DNA of 32,985 nucleotides from Sandaracinaceae bacterium (GTDB lineage: Bacteria; Myxococcota_A; Polyangia; Polyangiales; Sandaracinaceae). The DNA lies in the NCBI GenBank assembly GCA_044220955.1, contig JBGAQA010000078.1, positions 1 to 32,985 of the forward strand, in the 5' to 3' direction. The notes below the pieces were generated by a model that made no database searches, had not been told where the DNA came from, and worked only from the letters and a program-made list of their open reading frames with translations. Positions 18,713-29,245 of the stretch are shown piece by piece; the first letter of the stretch is position 1, and each line of letters opens with the position of its first letter. Both the position numbers and the translations under genes were made by a program.

Positions 18713-21247
18713 TCAGCGCGCGATCGCGACGAGGGTGAGGACCGGGGTAGCGGCCTCCCGCGACGCCGCGAGGTCGACCTCGAGCACGAGCCCGTGGTCG
18801 TCGTTCCCTTCCGGGTCGTGCAGCGACTGCCGCACCCGGACACGCGTCGCGTCGCGCTCGAGCGCGCACGCCGAGGCCGACCGCGCGTCGGCGTCGACGA
18901 CGATCTCCCCGTGCTCCGCGAAAAACGGCGCCATCGCCTGCTCGAGGTTGGCGGGCGTCCACTCCGGCGCGCCCTGCGGAGCGACCACGTACGACGCCGC
19001 CTCGTCCCAGCGGCGCCGCGCCAGCGCCCGGACGAGGCGGAAGGTCGCGTTCCGGATCATCACGGCGAAACCGCGCACGTCGCGGGTGACGTCGGGCTCC
19101 TCCACGATCGCCTCGCGCACCACGGGCGCCACCAGATCCTTGCCCTCGCGGATGCGCTCCCACTCGTCGAGCAAGCTCGCGTCCACGCCGCGGACCATCG
19201 CGCCGAGCCAGTCGACGACGTCGTGCACGGCGTCGGTCTTCGCGGCGTCGGGCACGTTCTGCGCGAGGCCCTTGTACGCGTCGGTCATGTAGCGAAGGAG
19301 CAGGCCCTCGCTGCGCGCGAGCCCGAGATCGCGCACGTAGTCGACGAAGGACGCGCCGCGCTCGAACGCGTCGCGCGCGATCGACTTGGGCCGGAGCTCC
19401 TCGCGGCCGACCCAGGGGTGCTTCTCGCCGAAGGCCTCGAGGACCTCGTAGAGCAGCTCCGCCCTCGGCGTCGGCATCGTGATCTTCTCGAGCTCGGCCA
19501 TCCGCTCCTCGTACGGGATGCCCTCGGCCTTCATCTGATCGAGCTTGTCCTTCTTCAGCTGATCCATCTGCTTCATCAGGATCGCGTCGGGATCTTCGAG
19601 CGTGGCCTCGACCACGCTCAGGACGTCGAGCGCGTAGTCCGGCGCGATCGGATCGAGCCGCGCGATCGCGTCGAGGGCGAAGAGCGAGAGCCCTTGATGG
19701 AGCGAGAAGTCGCGCTGGAGGTCCGCGCTGGGCGCCAAGACGACGTCCCCGTCGTCCTCCTTCTCGCGGACGAGCACGCCGTGCCCGAGCAACGAGCGCA
19801 CGATGGCCACCGCCCGTCGGGCGTGCGCGAAGCGGCGGTGCCGCGGCTCGTGGCTCGCGCGGATCAGGCGCAAGAGCTCGCGCATTCCGTCCGCGCGGCG
19901 CTCGAACGCACCGCTGACGACCTCGAGGACCATCCCTTGCGTGACCGCGAAGCGCGCCTCCAGCGTCTCGGGCATCGAGGTCGCGAGACGCTCGAACGTC
20001 GCCCCGTCCCAGTGCGCGTAGCCGCGCTCGGGGGGCTGCCTGAGGACGAGCTTCTTCATCTTCTTCGGATCGCCCTCGGCCTTCATCCGGGACTTCTTGT
20101 TCTCCACGACGTGCTCGGGCGCCTGCGCGACGACCCAGCCCTTGCTGTCGAAGCCGCGCCGCCCGGCGCGCCCGGCGATCTGCTGGAAGTCGCGCACGGT
20201 GAGGACGGCCGTCCTGTTGCCGTCGTACTTGCAGAGCTGCGTGAAGAGCACGCTGCGGATGGGCACGTTGACGCCGACCCCGAGCGTGTCGGTGCCGCAG
20301 ATGATCCCGAGCAGGCCCTTGCCGGCGAGCTTCTCGACGAGCAGCCGGTAGCGCGGCAAGAGCCCCGCGTGGTGCACGCCGACGCCGTGCTTCACGAAGC
20401 GCGAGAGATCCTTGCCGAAGGGCGTGTCCCAGCGGAAACCGCCGAGCTCCTCCTTGATGCGCTGCTTGGTCTCCTTGCTCACGATCTCGATGCTGGTGAG
20501 ATCCTGCGCGTGCTCGGCCGCCGCGCGCTGCGTGAAGTGCACGACGTAGACCGGCGCCCGCTGGTTCACCAGTAGCTCCGCGACGGTCTCGTGAAGCGGC
20601 GTCTCCCGGTATTCGCGCTCGAGCGGCACGGGGCGATCCGTCGACCGGACGTGCGCGAGGGGGCGGCCACTGCGCCGCTCGAGATCCTCCTCGATGAGGC
20701 GCATGTCGCCGAGCGTCGCGCTCATCAGCAGGAACTGCGTGCGCGGCAGCGTGAGCAAGGGGATCTGCCAGGCCGCGCCGCGGTCCCGATCGCCGTAGAA
20801 GTGGAACTCGTCCATCACCACCGACCCGATGGCGGCGCGCTCGCCGTCCCGCAGCGCGACGCGCGCGAGGATCTCGGCCGTGCAGCAGATCACGCCGGCG
20901 TCGCGGTTCACGGTCGCGTCACCCGTCATGAGCCCGACACGCGAGGCCCCGAGCTCGCGGGCGAGCGCGAAGAACTTCTCGCTGACGAGCGCCTTGATCG
21001 GCGCCGTGTAGTAGGTCCGCTCGCCGCGGCTGATCGACGTGAAGTGCTGCGCGAGGGCGACGAGCGACTTGCCCGAGCCGGTCGGCGTGTCGAGCACGAC
21101 GTGCTGCCCCTCGAGCAGCGCCAGGATCGCCTCCTCCTGGGCGGGATAGAGGGTGAGCCCGGCGTCGGAGGTGTAGGCGAGGAAGCGCTCGAGCAGGGCG
21201 TCGCTCGTGGCGTCCTCGCGCCTGGGGATCCGATCTCCGAGGTTCAC
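18713..21247 (-). CDS. Ski2-like DExH helicase with DUF3516-type C-terminus
   Basis: TPTGSGKS, APIKALVSEK, DEFH, MSAT, GVHHAG, TDTLGVGVNVP, QIAGRAGRRG; C-terminal RSEGLLLRY and VDASLLDEWE. Confidence 0.9.
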   Translation of the reverse strand: MNLGDRIPRREDATSDALLERFLAYTSDAGLTLYPAQEEAILALLEGQHVVLDTPTGSGKSLVALAQHFTSISRGERTYYTAPIKALVSEKFFALARELGASRVGLMTGDATVNRDAGVICCTAEILARVALRDGERAAIGSVVMDEFHFYGDRDRGAAWQIPLLTLPRTQFLLMSATLGDMRLIEEDLERRSGRPLAHVRSTDRPVPLEREYRETPLHETVAELLVNQRAPVYVVHFTQRAAAEHAQDLTSIEIVSKETKQRIKEELGGFRWDTPFGKDLSRFVKHGVGVHHAGLLPRYRLLVEKLAGKGLLGIICGTDTLGVGVNVPIRSVLFTQLCKYDGNRTAVLTVRDFQQIAGRAGRRGFDSKGWVVAQAPEHVVENKKSRMKAEGDPKKMKKLVLRQPPERGYAHWDGATFERLATSMPETLEARFAVTQGMVLEVVSGAFERRADGMRELLRLIRASHEPRHRRFAHARRAVAIVRSLLGHGVLVREKEDDGDVVLAPSADLQRDFSLHQGLSLFALDAIARLDPIAPDYALDVLSVVEATLEDPDAILMKQMDQLKKDKLDQMKAEGIPYEERMAELEKITMPTPRAELLYEVLEAFGEKHPWVGREELRPKSIARDAFERGASFVDYVRDLGLARSEGLLLRYMTDAYKGLAQNVPDAAKTDAVHDVVDWLGAMVRGVDASLLDEWERIREGKDLVAPVVREAIVEEPDVTRDVRGFAVMIRNATFRLVRALARRRWDEAASYVVAPQGAPEWTPANLEQAMAPFFAEHGEIVVDADARSASACALERDATRVRVRQSLHDPEGNDDHGLVLEVDLAASREAATPVLTLVAIAR

Positions 21248-21284
21248 CGTGCGCGTGTACCAGCTTTTTTCTTCGCGGTGAGGC

Positions 21285-21326
21285 TTGACGCCGGGACCGT
21301 CGGGCGCTAGTTAGTGAGCACTCACT
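21285..21326 (+). promoter_or_regulatory. Putative tetR promoter with palindromic operator
   Basis: TTGACG at 21285-21290, a weak -10 (TAGTTA) 17 nt later, and the inverted repeat AGTGAG-CA-CTCACT at 21313-21326. Confidence 0.6.
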
Positions 21327-21339
21327 CATCCATCGATCC

Positions 21340-21984
21340 ATGTCGCGGCCCACCACCATCTCCGACGACGCCATCCTCGCGGCCGCGCGACAGGTCTTCC
21401 TGGCGCACGGGATCCGCGGGACCACGGCCGAGGTCGCCCAGCGGGCGGGCGTGTCGGAGGGCAGCGTCTTCAAGCGCTGGAAGACGAAGGAGGAGCTCTT
21501 CCACGCGGCCATGCGCGCCGACGCGGTGGAAGACGTCGAGTACATCAGGGGCCTCCCCGAGCGCGTCGGCAAGGGGGAGCTCCGCGAGCAGCTGGTCGAG
21601 ATCGGCCACCAGGCCGCTCGCTTCTTCGAGAAGATCGTCGCGTTCCACATGCACTCGTTCTCCGCCGGGTCCGAGCGGAATCAGGGCGTGTTCGAGGGGC
21701 CGGGCGAGCCACCTCCCCTCGTCTCGCGGCGGCGCATCGCGAGCTACTTCGAGGCCGAGCGGCGGCTCGGCCGCATCCGGGACGTCGACCCCGACGTCCT
21801 CGGCCGCGTGTTCCTCGGGAGCATCTACAACTTCGTGGCGCTCGAGCTGATGCTGCGAGGCCACGACCCGCGCCCGATGCCCATCCGGACCTTCGTCCGT
21901 GGGCTCGTCGATGTGCTGCTCGATGGGGCCCTGCCCGCCCCACCGAAGCCGCGGCCGGCCCGCAAGCCGCGCGCCTCGCGCTGA
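21340..21984 (+). CDS. TetR/AcrR family transcriptional regulator
   Basis: HTH ILAAARQVFLAHG...TTAEVAQRAGVSEGSVFKRWKTKEELF. Confidence 0.95.
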   Translation: MSRPTTISDDAILAAARQVFLAHGIRGTTAEVAQRAGVSEGSVFKRWKTKEELFHAAMRADAVEDVEYIRGLPERVGKGELREQLVEIGHQAARFFEKIVAFHMHSFSAGSERNQGVFEGPGEPPPLVSRRRIASYFEAERRLGRIRDVDPDVLGRVFLGSIYNFVALELMLRGHDPRPMPIRTFVRGLVDVLLDGALPAPPKPRPARKPRASR

Positions 21985-22021
21985 GGCGCGCCCTTCCCTC
22001 GACCCGGAGCACGTCACGCTC

Positions 22022-23311
22022 ATGCCCTCCCTCGTCCGCGCCGTGCTCGTCCTCTCGCTGACCGCCCTGGTGGCCGTCCCTGCGCGCGCCCAGCAGCCCC
22101 TGCGGGCCTTCGTCGACGCGGCGCACGACCACGCGTTCGACATGCGGGAGGCGATCGAGGTGCGCGAGCAGGCGCGCAGCCAGGTCGACGAGTCGCGCGC
22201 GCGCCTCTTGCCGTCGTTCACGGCGAGCGCCGGGTACACGCGCTTCGAGTACGCGGTCCAGCCGCAGTTCCCGAACGGCATGGGCGGGTTCACGGCCGCC
22301 ACCATCCAGCCGCTCGATCAGGTTCAGGGGACGTTCCTCTTCAGCGTTCCCGTCGTGGACGTCGGCGCATGGCTCACGTTCTTCTCGTCGGAGTCCACCG
22401 CGGACGCGGCGACCGAGCGCGCCGAGGCGTCCCGCATCGACGTCGAGGTCGCCGTGGTGCAGGCCTACTTCCAGCTCGTCGCCGCCCGCGCGGTCGTGGC
22501 GCAGGCCCGCGCCGCGGTCGCGACGGCCGACGAGAACCTCGCGGTCGCCACGTCGAGGGGGGCGGCCGGGATCGCCTCCGAGCTCGACGTGGAGCGTGCG
22601 CGGACGGACGCCGAGCGCGCGAGGCAGACCGCCGCGGAGGCGTCGCTGAGCGAGGCCCTCGCGTCGCGCTCGCTGACGGTGCTCACGGGCGTCACGCCCG
22701 CCGACGAGCTCGTGCCGCTCGACGACGATCTGCACGCGGAGCCGCCGCTCACCTCGTTCACCGGACACCTCGGCGATCACCCGAGCGTGCGCGCCGCCGC
22801 TCGTGATCTCGAGGCCGCGCGCCGTCTCCACGACGCCGCGTGGGCCAACCTCTTCCCGACGCTGTCCGCGAGCGCCAGCGAGCGCGTCACCAACGCGTCT
22901 GGCTTCGGTCAGCCCTCGCTCTGGCAGGTCGGGCTGACCCTCACGTGGACGCTCGACTTCGGGCGGGCCGCCCAGGTGTCCACCCGGGACCACGGCGACC
23001 GGATCGCCGAGATCCGGCAGGCGCGCCTCGAGACGCAGGTCGAGACCGCCGTGTACGAGGCCTGGCACAGGGTCGGCTCGCTGCTCGCCCGCGCGTCCGC
23101 CGCGCGCGCCGCCGCGGCGTCGAGCGAGCGGGCCGCGGCGGTCGCGAGCGCGCGTTTCGCCGCCGGCACCGGCTCGGCGCTCGAGACCAGCCAGGCGCAG
23201 CGAGACCTCCTGCTCGCAGAGGTCCAGCGCATCCAGGCCGACGCCGACCTCGCGGTCGCGCGCCTCGTGCTCCGCCTCCGCTCGGGTCTGCCGCTGGACG
23301 GTGAGCCGTGA
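22022..23311 (+). CDS. TolC-family outer membrane efflux protein
   Basis: Signal peptide (ARA-Q) from ATG 22022; two OEP repeats (ARLLPSF...AYFQL; NLFPTLS...ARFAAGTGSALE); 429 aa. Confidence 0.88.
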   Translation: MPSLVRAVLVLSLTALVAVPARAQQPLRAFVDAAHDHAFDMREAIEVREQARSQVDESRARLLPSFTASAGYTRFEYAVQPQFPNGMGGFTAATIQPLDQVQGTFLFSVPVVDVGAWLTFFSSESTADAATERAEASRIDVEVAVVQAYFQLVAARAVVAQARAAVATADENLAVATSRGAAGIASELDVERARTDAERARQTAAEASLSEALASRSLTVLTGVTPADELVPLDDDLHAEPPLTSFTGHLGDHPSVRAAARDLEAARRLHDAAWANLFPTLSASASERVTNASGFGQPSLWQVGLTLTWTLDFGRAAQVSTRDHGDRIAEIRQARLETQVETAVYEAWHRVGSLLARASAARAAAASSERAAAVASARFAAGTGSALETSQAQRDLLLAEVQRIQADADLAVARLVLRLRSGLPLDGEP

Positions 23312-24485
23312 GCGAGGGCATCCGCAGGGCGCGCCGCAGCGCGCTCGTCGGACGCGGCGGTCACACGCGCCTGATGTCCCTGCTCGCGATCCGCATGATG
23401 TTCCACGATCGGGCGAAGCTCGTCGGCACGTTGCTCGGCGTGATCTTCGCGACGGTCCTCGTGAACCAGCAGCTCGGCGTGTTCCTGGGCCTGCTCGGCA
23501 AGAACACGATGTTCGTCGACAACGCCGGCGCGGACCTCTGGGTCGTCCCGCCCTCGACGCAGACGCTCCAGGGAGGAACGCAGATCTCGCTCTACACGCT
23601 GAACCAGGCGCGCGTGGTGCCGGGCGTCGCGTGGGCCGAGCCGATCCTGTTCGGCACGGCGATCATGCAGCGACCGGACGGCGGCTCGGAGGCGGTGACG
23701 CTCGTCGGGACGCGGCTCACGCACCTGGCCGGCGGCCCGTGGAACCTCGTCGCGGGCGACGCGGCCGCGCTCGCCTACCCGGACACCGTGATCTTCGAGG
23801 ACTCGCAGCGCGAGAAGCTGGGCGGCGTGAACCTCGGCTCGGTCCGCGAGCTGAGCGGGCACCGCGTCGTCGTCGGCGGCTTCACGTGGGGCCTGAACCC
23901 GTTCGGACCGCCGTACGCGTTCACACGGCTCGAGACGGCGCGCGAGATCCTGCACGTCCCGGCGGACCGCACGACCTTCGTGCTCGTCCGCGGGCAGCCC
24001 GGAGCGGATGTGCGCGCGATCCAGGCCGACCTCACGTCACGCCTCCCGAACGCGCTCGTGCTCACGCGCGAGCAGTTCCATCGGTCGATCGTCATGTACT
24101 TGATCCGCGCCCAGCTCGGCATCTCGTTCGGCACCTCCACCGCGTTCGCGGTGATCGTGGGCTTCGTGATCGTGTCGCTCTCGATGTTCTCGGCGGTCGT
24201 CGACAACGTCCGCGAGTTCGGCACGCTGAAAGCCACGGGGTCGACGACGTTCGACCTCGCGAAGCTGCTCTTCGTGCAAGCGGTGAGCTACGCCCTGCTC
24301 GGCACCACGATCGGCCTCTTCCTCGTGACGCGGATGTCCGAGGGAATCCGCAGCCCGAACCTCGCGCTCGTCCTGCCGCCCGAGCTCTTCGTCGGCACCT
24401 ACGGGCTCATGACGCTGCTCTGCGTGTTCGCGAGCCTGCTCGCGCTCTGGCGCGTGCGCAACGTCGAGCCCGGGATGGTGTTCCG

Positions 24486-24489
<4 letters not shown>
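23308..24489 (+). CDS. ABC permease, DevC/FtsX-MacB type (alternative start ATG 23374)
   Basis: HDRAKLVGTLLGVIFATVL, GADLWV, periplasmic domain, REFGTLKATG, three C-terminal TM helices, VEPGMVFR. Confidence 0.88.
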
Positions 24490-25214
<725 letters not shown>

Positions 25215-25217
25215 GCC

Positions 25218-26318
25218 ATGAAGTTCATCCGACGCAACTACAGGACGCTCGTCCTCTTCGCCGTCTGCGGCGTGCTCCTGACGATCATCACCCGCAGCGC
25301 GCTCGCCGGGCCGACCACGACGCCGCGCCAGAGCGATCGCGCGCGCGCCGAGCGGCGGGAGATCCCGCCTGCGCAGGCGCCCGATCCCTCGATCGACCGT
25401 CCCGATGGCACGTGGATCGGTGGCCTCGGGCGCGTCGAGCCCCACGCTCCCGAGACGCGCCTCGCCCCCGAGGTCGGCGGCCGCATCGCGGCGATCCACG
25501 TCGAGGAGGGCCAGACCGTCAGCGCGGGGACCGTCCTGATCGAGCTCGAGAGCGCGCCCGAGCGAGCCGCGCTCGACGCCGCCGACGCGACGGTGGCCGT
25601 GCGGCAGGCCGAGCTCACGCGCGCCCGCCGCGGCCTCCGCCCGGAGGAGCTGACGGCGATCACCGCGGAGACCGAGTCGGCGCGCGCGCGCGCGGCGCTC
25701 TCCCAGGGCGTGCTCGCGCGCCTGCAGACCGCCGCGACCGGCGGCGGCGCGACCGTGGACGAGGTCGAGCGGGCTCGGCAGCAGGCCGAGGCGGACCGCT
25801 TCGCCGCGGACACCGCGGCAGCCCGCGCGCTCGCAGGCCACTCGGGGAGGCGCGAAGACGTGCTCGTCGCGATGGCGCAGGTCCGCGTCGCGGAGGCGCA
25901 GCGAGCCCAGGCGCAGGCCGAGCTCGATCGCCGGCGCCTCGTGGCTCCGATCGACGGGCAGATCCTCGAGATCCACAACCGGATCGGGGAATACGTACAA
26001 CCCGCCGGGGCCGAGCCCCTCGTCGTCATGGGCGACACGCGGCAGCTGCGCGTCCGCCTCGACGTGGACGAGCGCGACGTCGCGCGGATCGAGATGGGCG
26101 CCGCCGGCGTCGTCACGGCCGAGGCCTTCGGCGACCGGTCTTTCGCGGGACACGTCGTCGAGATCGGCCACCGCATGGGTCGCAAGAACCTGCGCACCGA
26201 CGAGCCGACCGAGCGCATCGACACGCAGATCCTCGAGGTCGTCATGCAGCTCGACGACGGAACGGGCCTGGTCCCAGGCCTCCGGGTGATGGGCTACGTG
26301 CATCCCGCCGGGGAGTGA
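25218..26318 (+). CDS. Membrane fusion protein (HlyD/DevB type)
   Basis: N-terminal anchor, GRVEP, lipoyl halves (GRIAAIHVEEGQTV; VAPIDGQIL), long helical hairpin, LVPGLRV. Confidence 0.9.
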   Translation: MKFIRRNYRTLVLFAVCGVLLTIITRSALAGPTTTPRQSDRARAERREIPPAQAPDPSIDRPDGTWIGGLGRVEPHAPETRLAPEVGGRIAAIHVEEGQTVSAGTVLIELESAPERAALDAADATVAVRQAELTRARRGLRPEELTAITAETESARARAALSQGVLARLQTAATGGGATVDEVERARQQAEADRFAADTAAARALAGHSGRREDVLVAMAQVRVAEAQRAQAQAELDRRRLVAPIDGQILEIHNRIGEYVQPAGAEPLVVMGDTRQLRVRLDVDERDVARIEMGAAGVVTAEAFGDRSFAGHVVEIGHRMGRKNLRTDEPTERIDTQILEVVMQLDDGTGLVPGLRVMGYVHPAGE

Positions 26319-26340
26319 CGCCCCAGGCTATGATCCGGCG

Positions 26341-28458
26341 ATGCCCGCACGCTTCACCCTCGTCCTCGCCGCCCTCGCCTCGATGCTCGCGCTCGCGAGC
26401 GGCTGCGACTGCTCCGGGCCCGTCACGCACGGAACGGCCTGCACGACCAACGCTCAGTGCCGCGGCGGGCAGCTCTGCATCGATCGGATGTGCCGCGTCC
26501 CCGCGGACACGGGCCCGGGGAGCGACTCCTCGATCCCCGGGATGGACTCGCACGTCCCCACCCCCGTTCCGGTGAGCGTCGCGATCGACCCTCCGATGGC
26601 GACGCTGACGAGCACCGACGGCTCGAGGCCCACGCAGACCTTCGCGGCCATCTTGACCTACGACGACGGATCGATGGGCCCCGCGACCGTGACCGCGTGG
26701 TCGCTCGACGCCCGCATCGTCGGCGACATCGACCCGGCGGACGGCAGCTTCACGGCGAACGGCGTCGTCGGGGGCACGGCCACGGTGACGGTCGTGGCGA
26801 CGACGAGCCGCGGCGACTTCACCGCGACCGCGGCGCTCGAGGTCTACGTCCAGCGAACGGTGCTCGGGCCCGGCGTCCCGACGGACGTGGCGACGACCTT
26901 CGCGGCCGCGACGCCCGTGACCGATCCGGCACGCGAGGCCGGCCTCGTGTACCCGCTCGAGGGCGCGGTGATGCCGCAGAACGTCTACCCCGCGGACATC
27001 CAGTGGACGCGCGGGACCAGCGGCGAGCTGGTGCGGATCACGCTCACGAAGCCGAGCATCACGGCGACGGCCTACGTGCTGGAGGACGGCCTGCATCACT
27101 GGCTGGCCGACACCGCCGCCTGGCGCTCGCTCGCGCAGACGAACCCCGACGCACAGGCGACGATTCGCGCCGACCGCATCGACGGCAGCACCGGCGAGCT
27201 TGTCCGCGGAACCGAGCTCCACATGACGTTCGCCCGCGCGGCGCTCACGGGCAGCATCTACTACTGGGCGATCGCGCAGGGCCGCATCATGCGGATCGAC
27301 GACGGCACCGCGACGCGCGTGAGCTTCATGCCGAACCCGCCCCCGGCCCCGGGTCCCGACGGGAACGCGACGTGCGTGGGCTGTCACTCGGTGTCGCCGT
27401 CGGGGCGCTACATGGTCGGGCGTCTCGGGGGCGGCAACAACGGCGGCACCATCTTCGATCTGACGACCGACCTGACGGGGAGCCCGGCACCCAGCCTCTG
27501 GCCGCCGAGCAGCTCGCGCACGTGGTGGTTCTCGAGCTGGAGCCCGGACGAGACACGGGTCGTCATCACGCACGTCGAGGGCGCCGGCGGTGGACAGCTA
27601 CGCCTGCTCGACCCCGTCACTGGATCCTACGTCGATCCGCCCGGCATGCCGCGCGGCACCCATCCAGCGTGGTCGCACGACGGGGCGCGCATCGCGTACG
27701 TCACGGGGACCGAGGCGTGGGGCGGCGACTTCCGGACGGGTGACATCGCTATCCTGCCCGTCACGGCACCCGACACGGTCGGGGCGAGCACGATCATCCA
27801 TCGCGGCTCCGATCTCGCCGGCGCCTCTCCGGGTGGCAACGGCGACGCGTACCCGACGTGGTCGCCGGGCGACACGGCGATCGCGTTCGCGCACGGCACC
27901 GGCTGCCGCAGCGACTCGGACCTCGCCGCGCTCTACGCGATGGCCCCCGACGGCAGCGGGGTCGTGCGCCTGGACGCGGCCAGCGGCGGTCCGGCCGGGG
28001 ACCGCAGCTACCAGCCGCGCTTCTCGCCCTTCACGCAGGGCGGCTACTTCTGGCTCTCGTTCCTGTCGCGCCGCGACTACGGCAACGCACAGGTCGGAAC
28101 GGCCGGCTCGGGGCGCCAGCAGATCTGGGTCACGGCCATCAGCACCACGGGGACCACGGGCGGAGCGGACCCGAGCCGCGTCGCGTACTGGCTCCCGGGG
28201 CAGGACACGGCGTCTCAGAACATCTCGGCCTTCTGGGCACCTCGCGCGTGCCGCGCGGACGGGGACGCGTGCACGGTCGGCACCGAGTGCTGCGGCGGCG
28301 AGTGCACGCCGGACGCGACGGGCGCGCTCGTGTGCAGCCCGCCGCCGCCCGAGCGCTGCCACCACATGACCGAGACGTGTACGACCGACGCCGACTGCTG
28401 CACGGGCAGCCCGCGCCTGGTCTGCACCGACCACGTCTGCGTCATCCCCATCATGTGA
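26341..28458 (+). CDS. Cys-rich lipoprotein with Ig-like region and TolB-like (PD40) beta-propeller
   Basis: Lipobox LASGC; propeller motifs WSPDE, PAWSHDG, PTWSPG, PRFSP; internal CVGCH; two C-terminal six-Cys modules. Confidence 0.8.
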   Translation: MPARFTLVLAALASMLALASGCDCSGPVTHGTACTTNAQCRGGQLCIDRMCRVPADTGPGSDSSIPGMDSHVPTPVPVSVAIDPPMATLTSTDGSRPTQTFAAILTYDDGSMGPATVTAWSLDARIVGDIDPADGSFTANGVVGGTATVTVVATTSRGDFTATAALEVYVQRTVLGPGVPTDVATTFAAATPVTDPAREAGLVYPLEGAVMPQNVYPADIQWTRGTSGELVRITLTKPSITATAYVLEDGLHHWLADTAAWRSLAQTNPDAQATIRADRIDGSTGELVRGTELHMTFARAALTGSIYYWAIAQGRIMRIDDGTATRVSFMPNPPPAPGPDGNATCVGCHSVSPSGRYMVGRLGGGNNGGTIFDLTTDLTGSPAPSLWPPSSSRTWWFSSWSPDETRVVITHVEGAGGGQLRLLDPVTGSYVDPPGMPRGTHPAWSHDGARIAYVTGTEAWGGDFRTGDIAILPVTAPDTVGASTIIHRGSDLAGASPGGNGDAYPTWSPGDTAIAFAHGTGCRSDSDLAALYAMAPDGSGVVRLDAASGGPAGDRSYQPRFSPFTQGGYFWLSFLSRRDYGNAQVGTAGSGRQQIWVTAISTTGTTGGADPSRVAYWLPGQDTASQNISAFWAPRACRADGDACTVGTECCGGECTPDATGALVCSPPPPERCHHMTETCTTDADCCTGSPRLVCTDHVCVIPIM

Positions 28459-28459
28459 C

Positions 28460-29173
28460 GTGGCGGCGCTGCTCCAGCGGGCGCGCCGCGCGCTGAGCGC
28501 CGTCGCGGACCCTGCGCGGGCAGGGGCGATGCAGGCGTACATGAAGTCGGCCATGCCCTTCCACGGCGTGCCCTCGGCCGGGGTGAAGCGCGTCGCGACG
28601 GAGCTCTTCGCGACGCTGCCGCTCGAGACCGAGGCGGCCTACGTGCGCGCGACGCGCGAGCTCTGGCGCGGCGCGACGCACCGCGAGGAGCGCTACCTGG
28701 CCGTGATGCTGACCCGTCACCGCCGCGGTGGTCGCGCGTTCCGGAGCCCGACCACGCTACCTCTCTACGAGGAGATGATCGTCACGGGCGCGTGGTGGGA
28801 CTTCGTGGACGACCTCGCCGCGCACGCGGTCGGGGACCTCGTGCTCGCGCACCGCACGGAGATGACCAAGGCGATGCGCGCCTGGAGCCGCGACCCGGAC
28901 CTCTGGAAGCGGCGCACGTCGATCCTCCACCAGCTCCGCTTCCGGGATGCGATCGACCTCGGGCTGCTCGAGCACTGCATCGAAGGCTCCATCGCCGACC
29001 GGGACTTCTTCGCGCGCAAGGCCATCGGGTGGGCCCTCCGCCAGCACGCGAAGCTCGACCCCGCGTGGGTGCTGGCGTTCGTGAAGAAGAACGCCTCGCG
29101 GCTGAGCGGCCTCTCCAAGCGCGAGGCGCTCAAGGCCCAGTTCGCGATCGGCGAGATCGACGCGGTGCCCTGA
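28460..29173 (+). CDS. DNA alkylation repair protein (AlkD family)
   Basis: AYMKS..PFHGV, REERY, WWDFVD, DLWKRR, FFARKAIGWALR, LSKREALK. Confidence 0.9.
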   Translation: MAALLQRARRALSAVADPARAGAMQAYMKSAMPFHGVPSAGVKRVATELFATLPLETEAAYVRATRELWRGATHREERYLAVMLTRHRRGGRAFRSPTTLPLYEEMIVTGAWWDFVDDLAAHAVGDLVLAHRTEMTKAMRAWSRDPDLWKRRTSILHQLRFRDAIDLGLLEHCIEGSIADRDFFARKAIGWALRQHAKLDPAWVLAFVKKNASRLSGLSKREALKAQFAIGEIDAVP

Positions 29174-29174
29174 T

Positions 29175-29245
29175 TTCCTCGGGCGGGCACCGCCCCGCTG
29201 GGCCCTCGCGAGGCACACGCCTGGCTCCTGGACCCGCTCGAGGGA
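29175..29245. terminator. Long hairpin between convergent genes (possible bidirectional terminator or REP-like element)
   Basis: Arms TTCCTCGGGCGGG (29175-29187) and CCCGCTCGAGGGA (29233-29245); central palindrome CCTCGCGAGG (29204-29213); no U-tract. Confidence 0.4.

Noticed and set aside
23301..24485. N-terminal 395 aa of the 637-aa ORF
   Set aside because: Off-frame overlap with the permease; the ATPase starts at ATG 24486.
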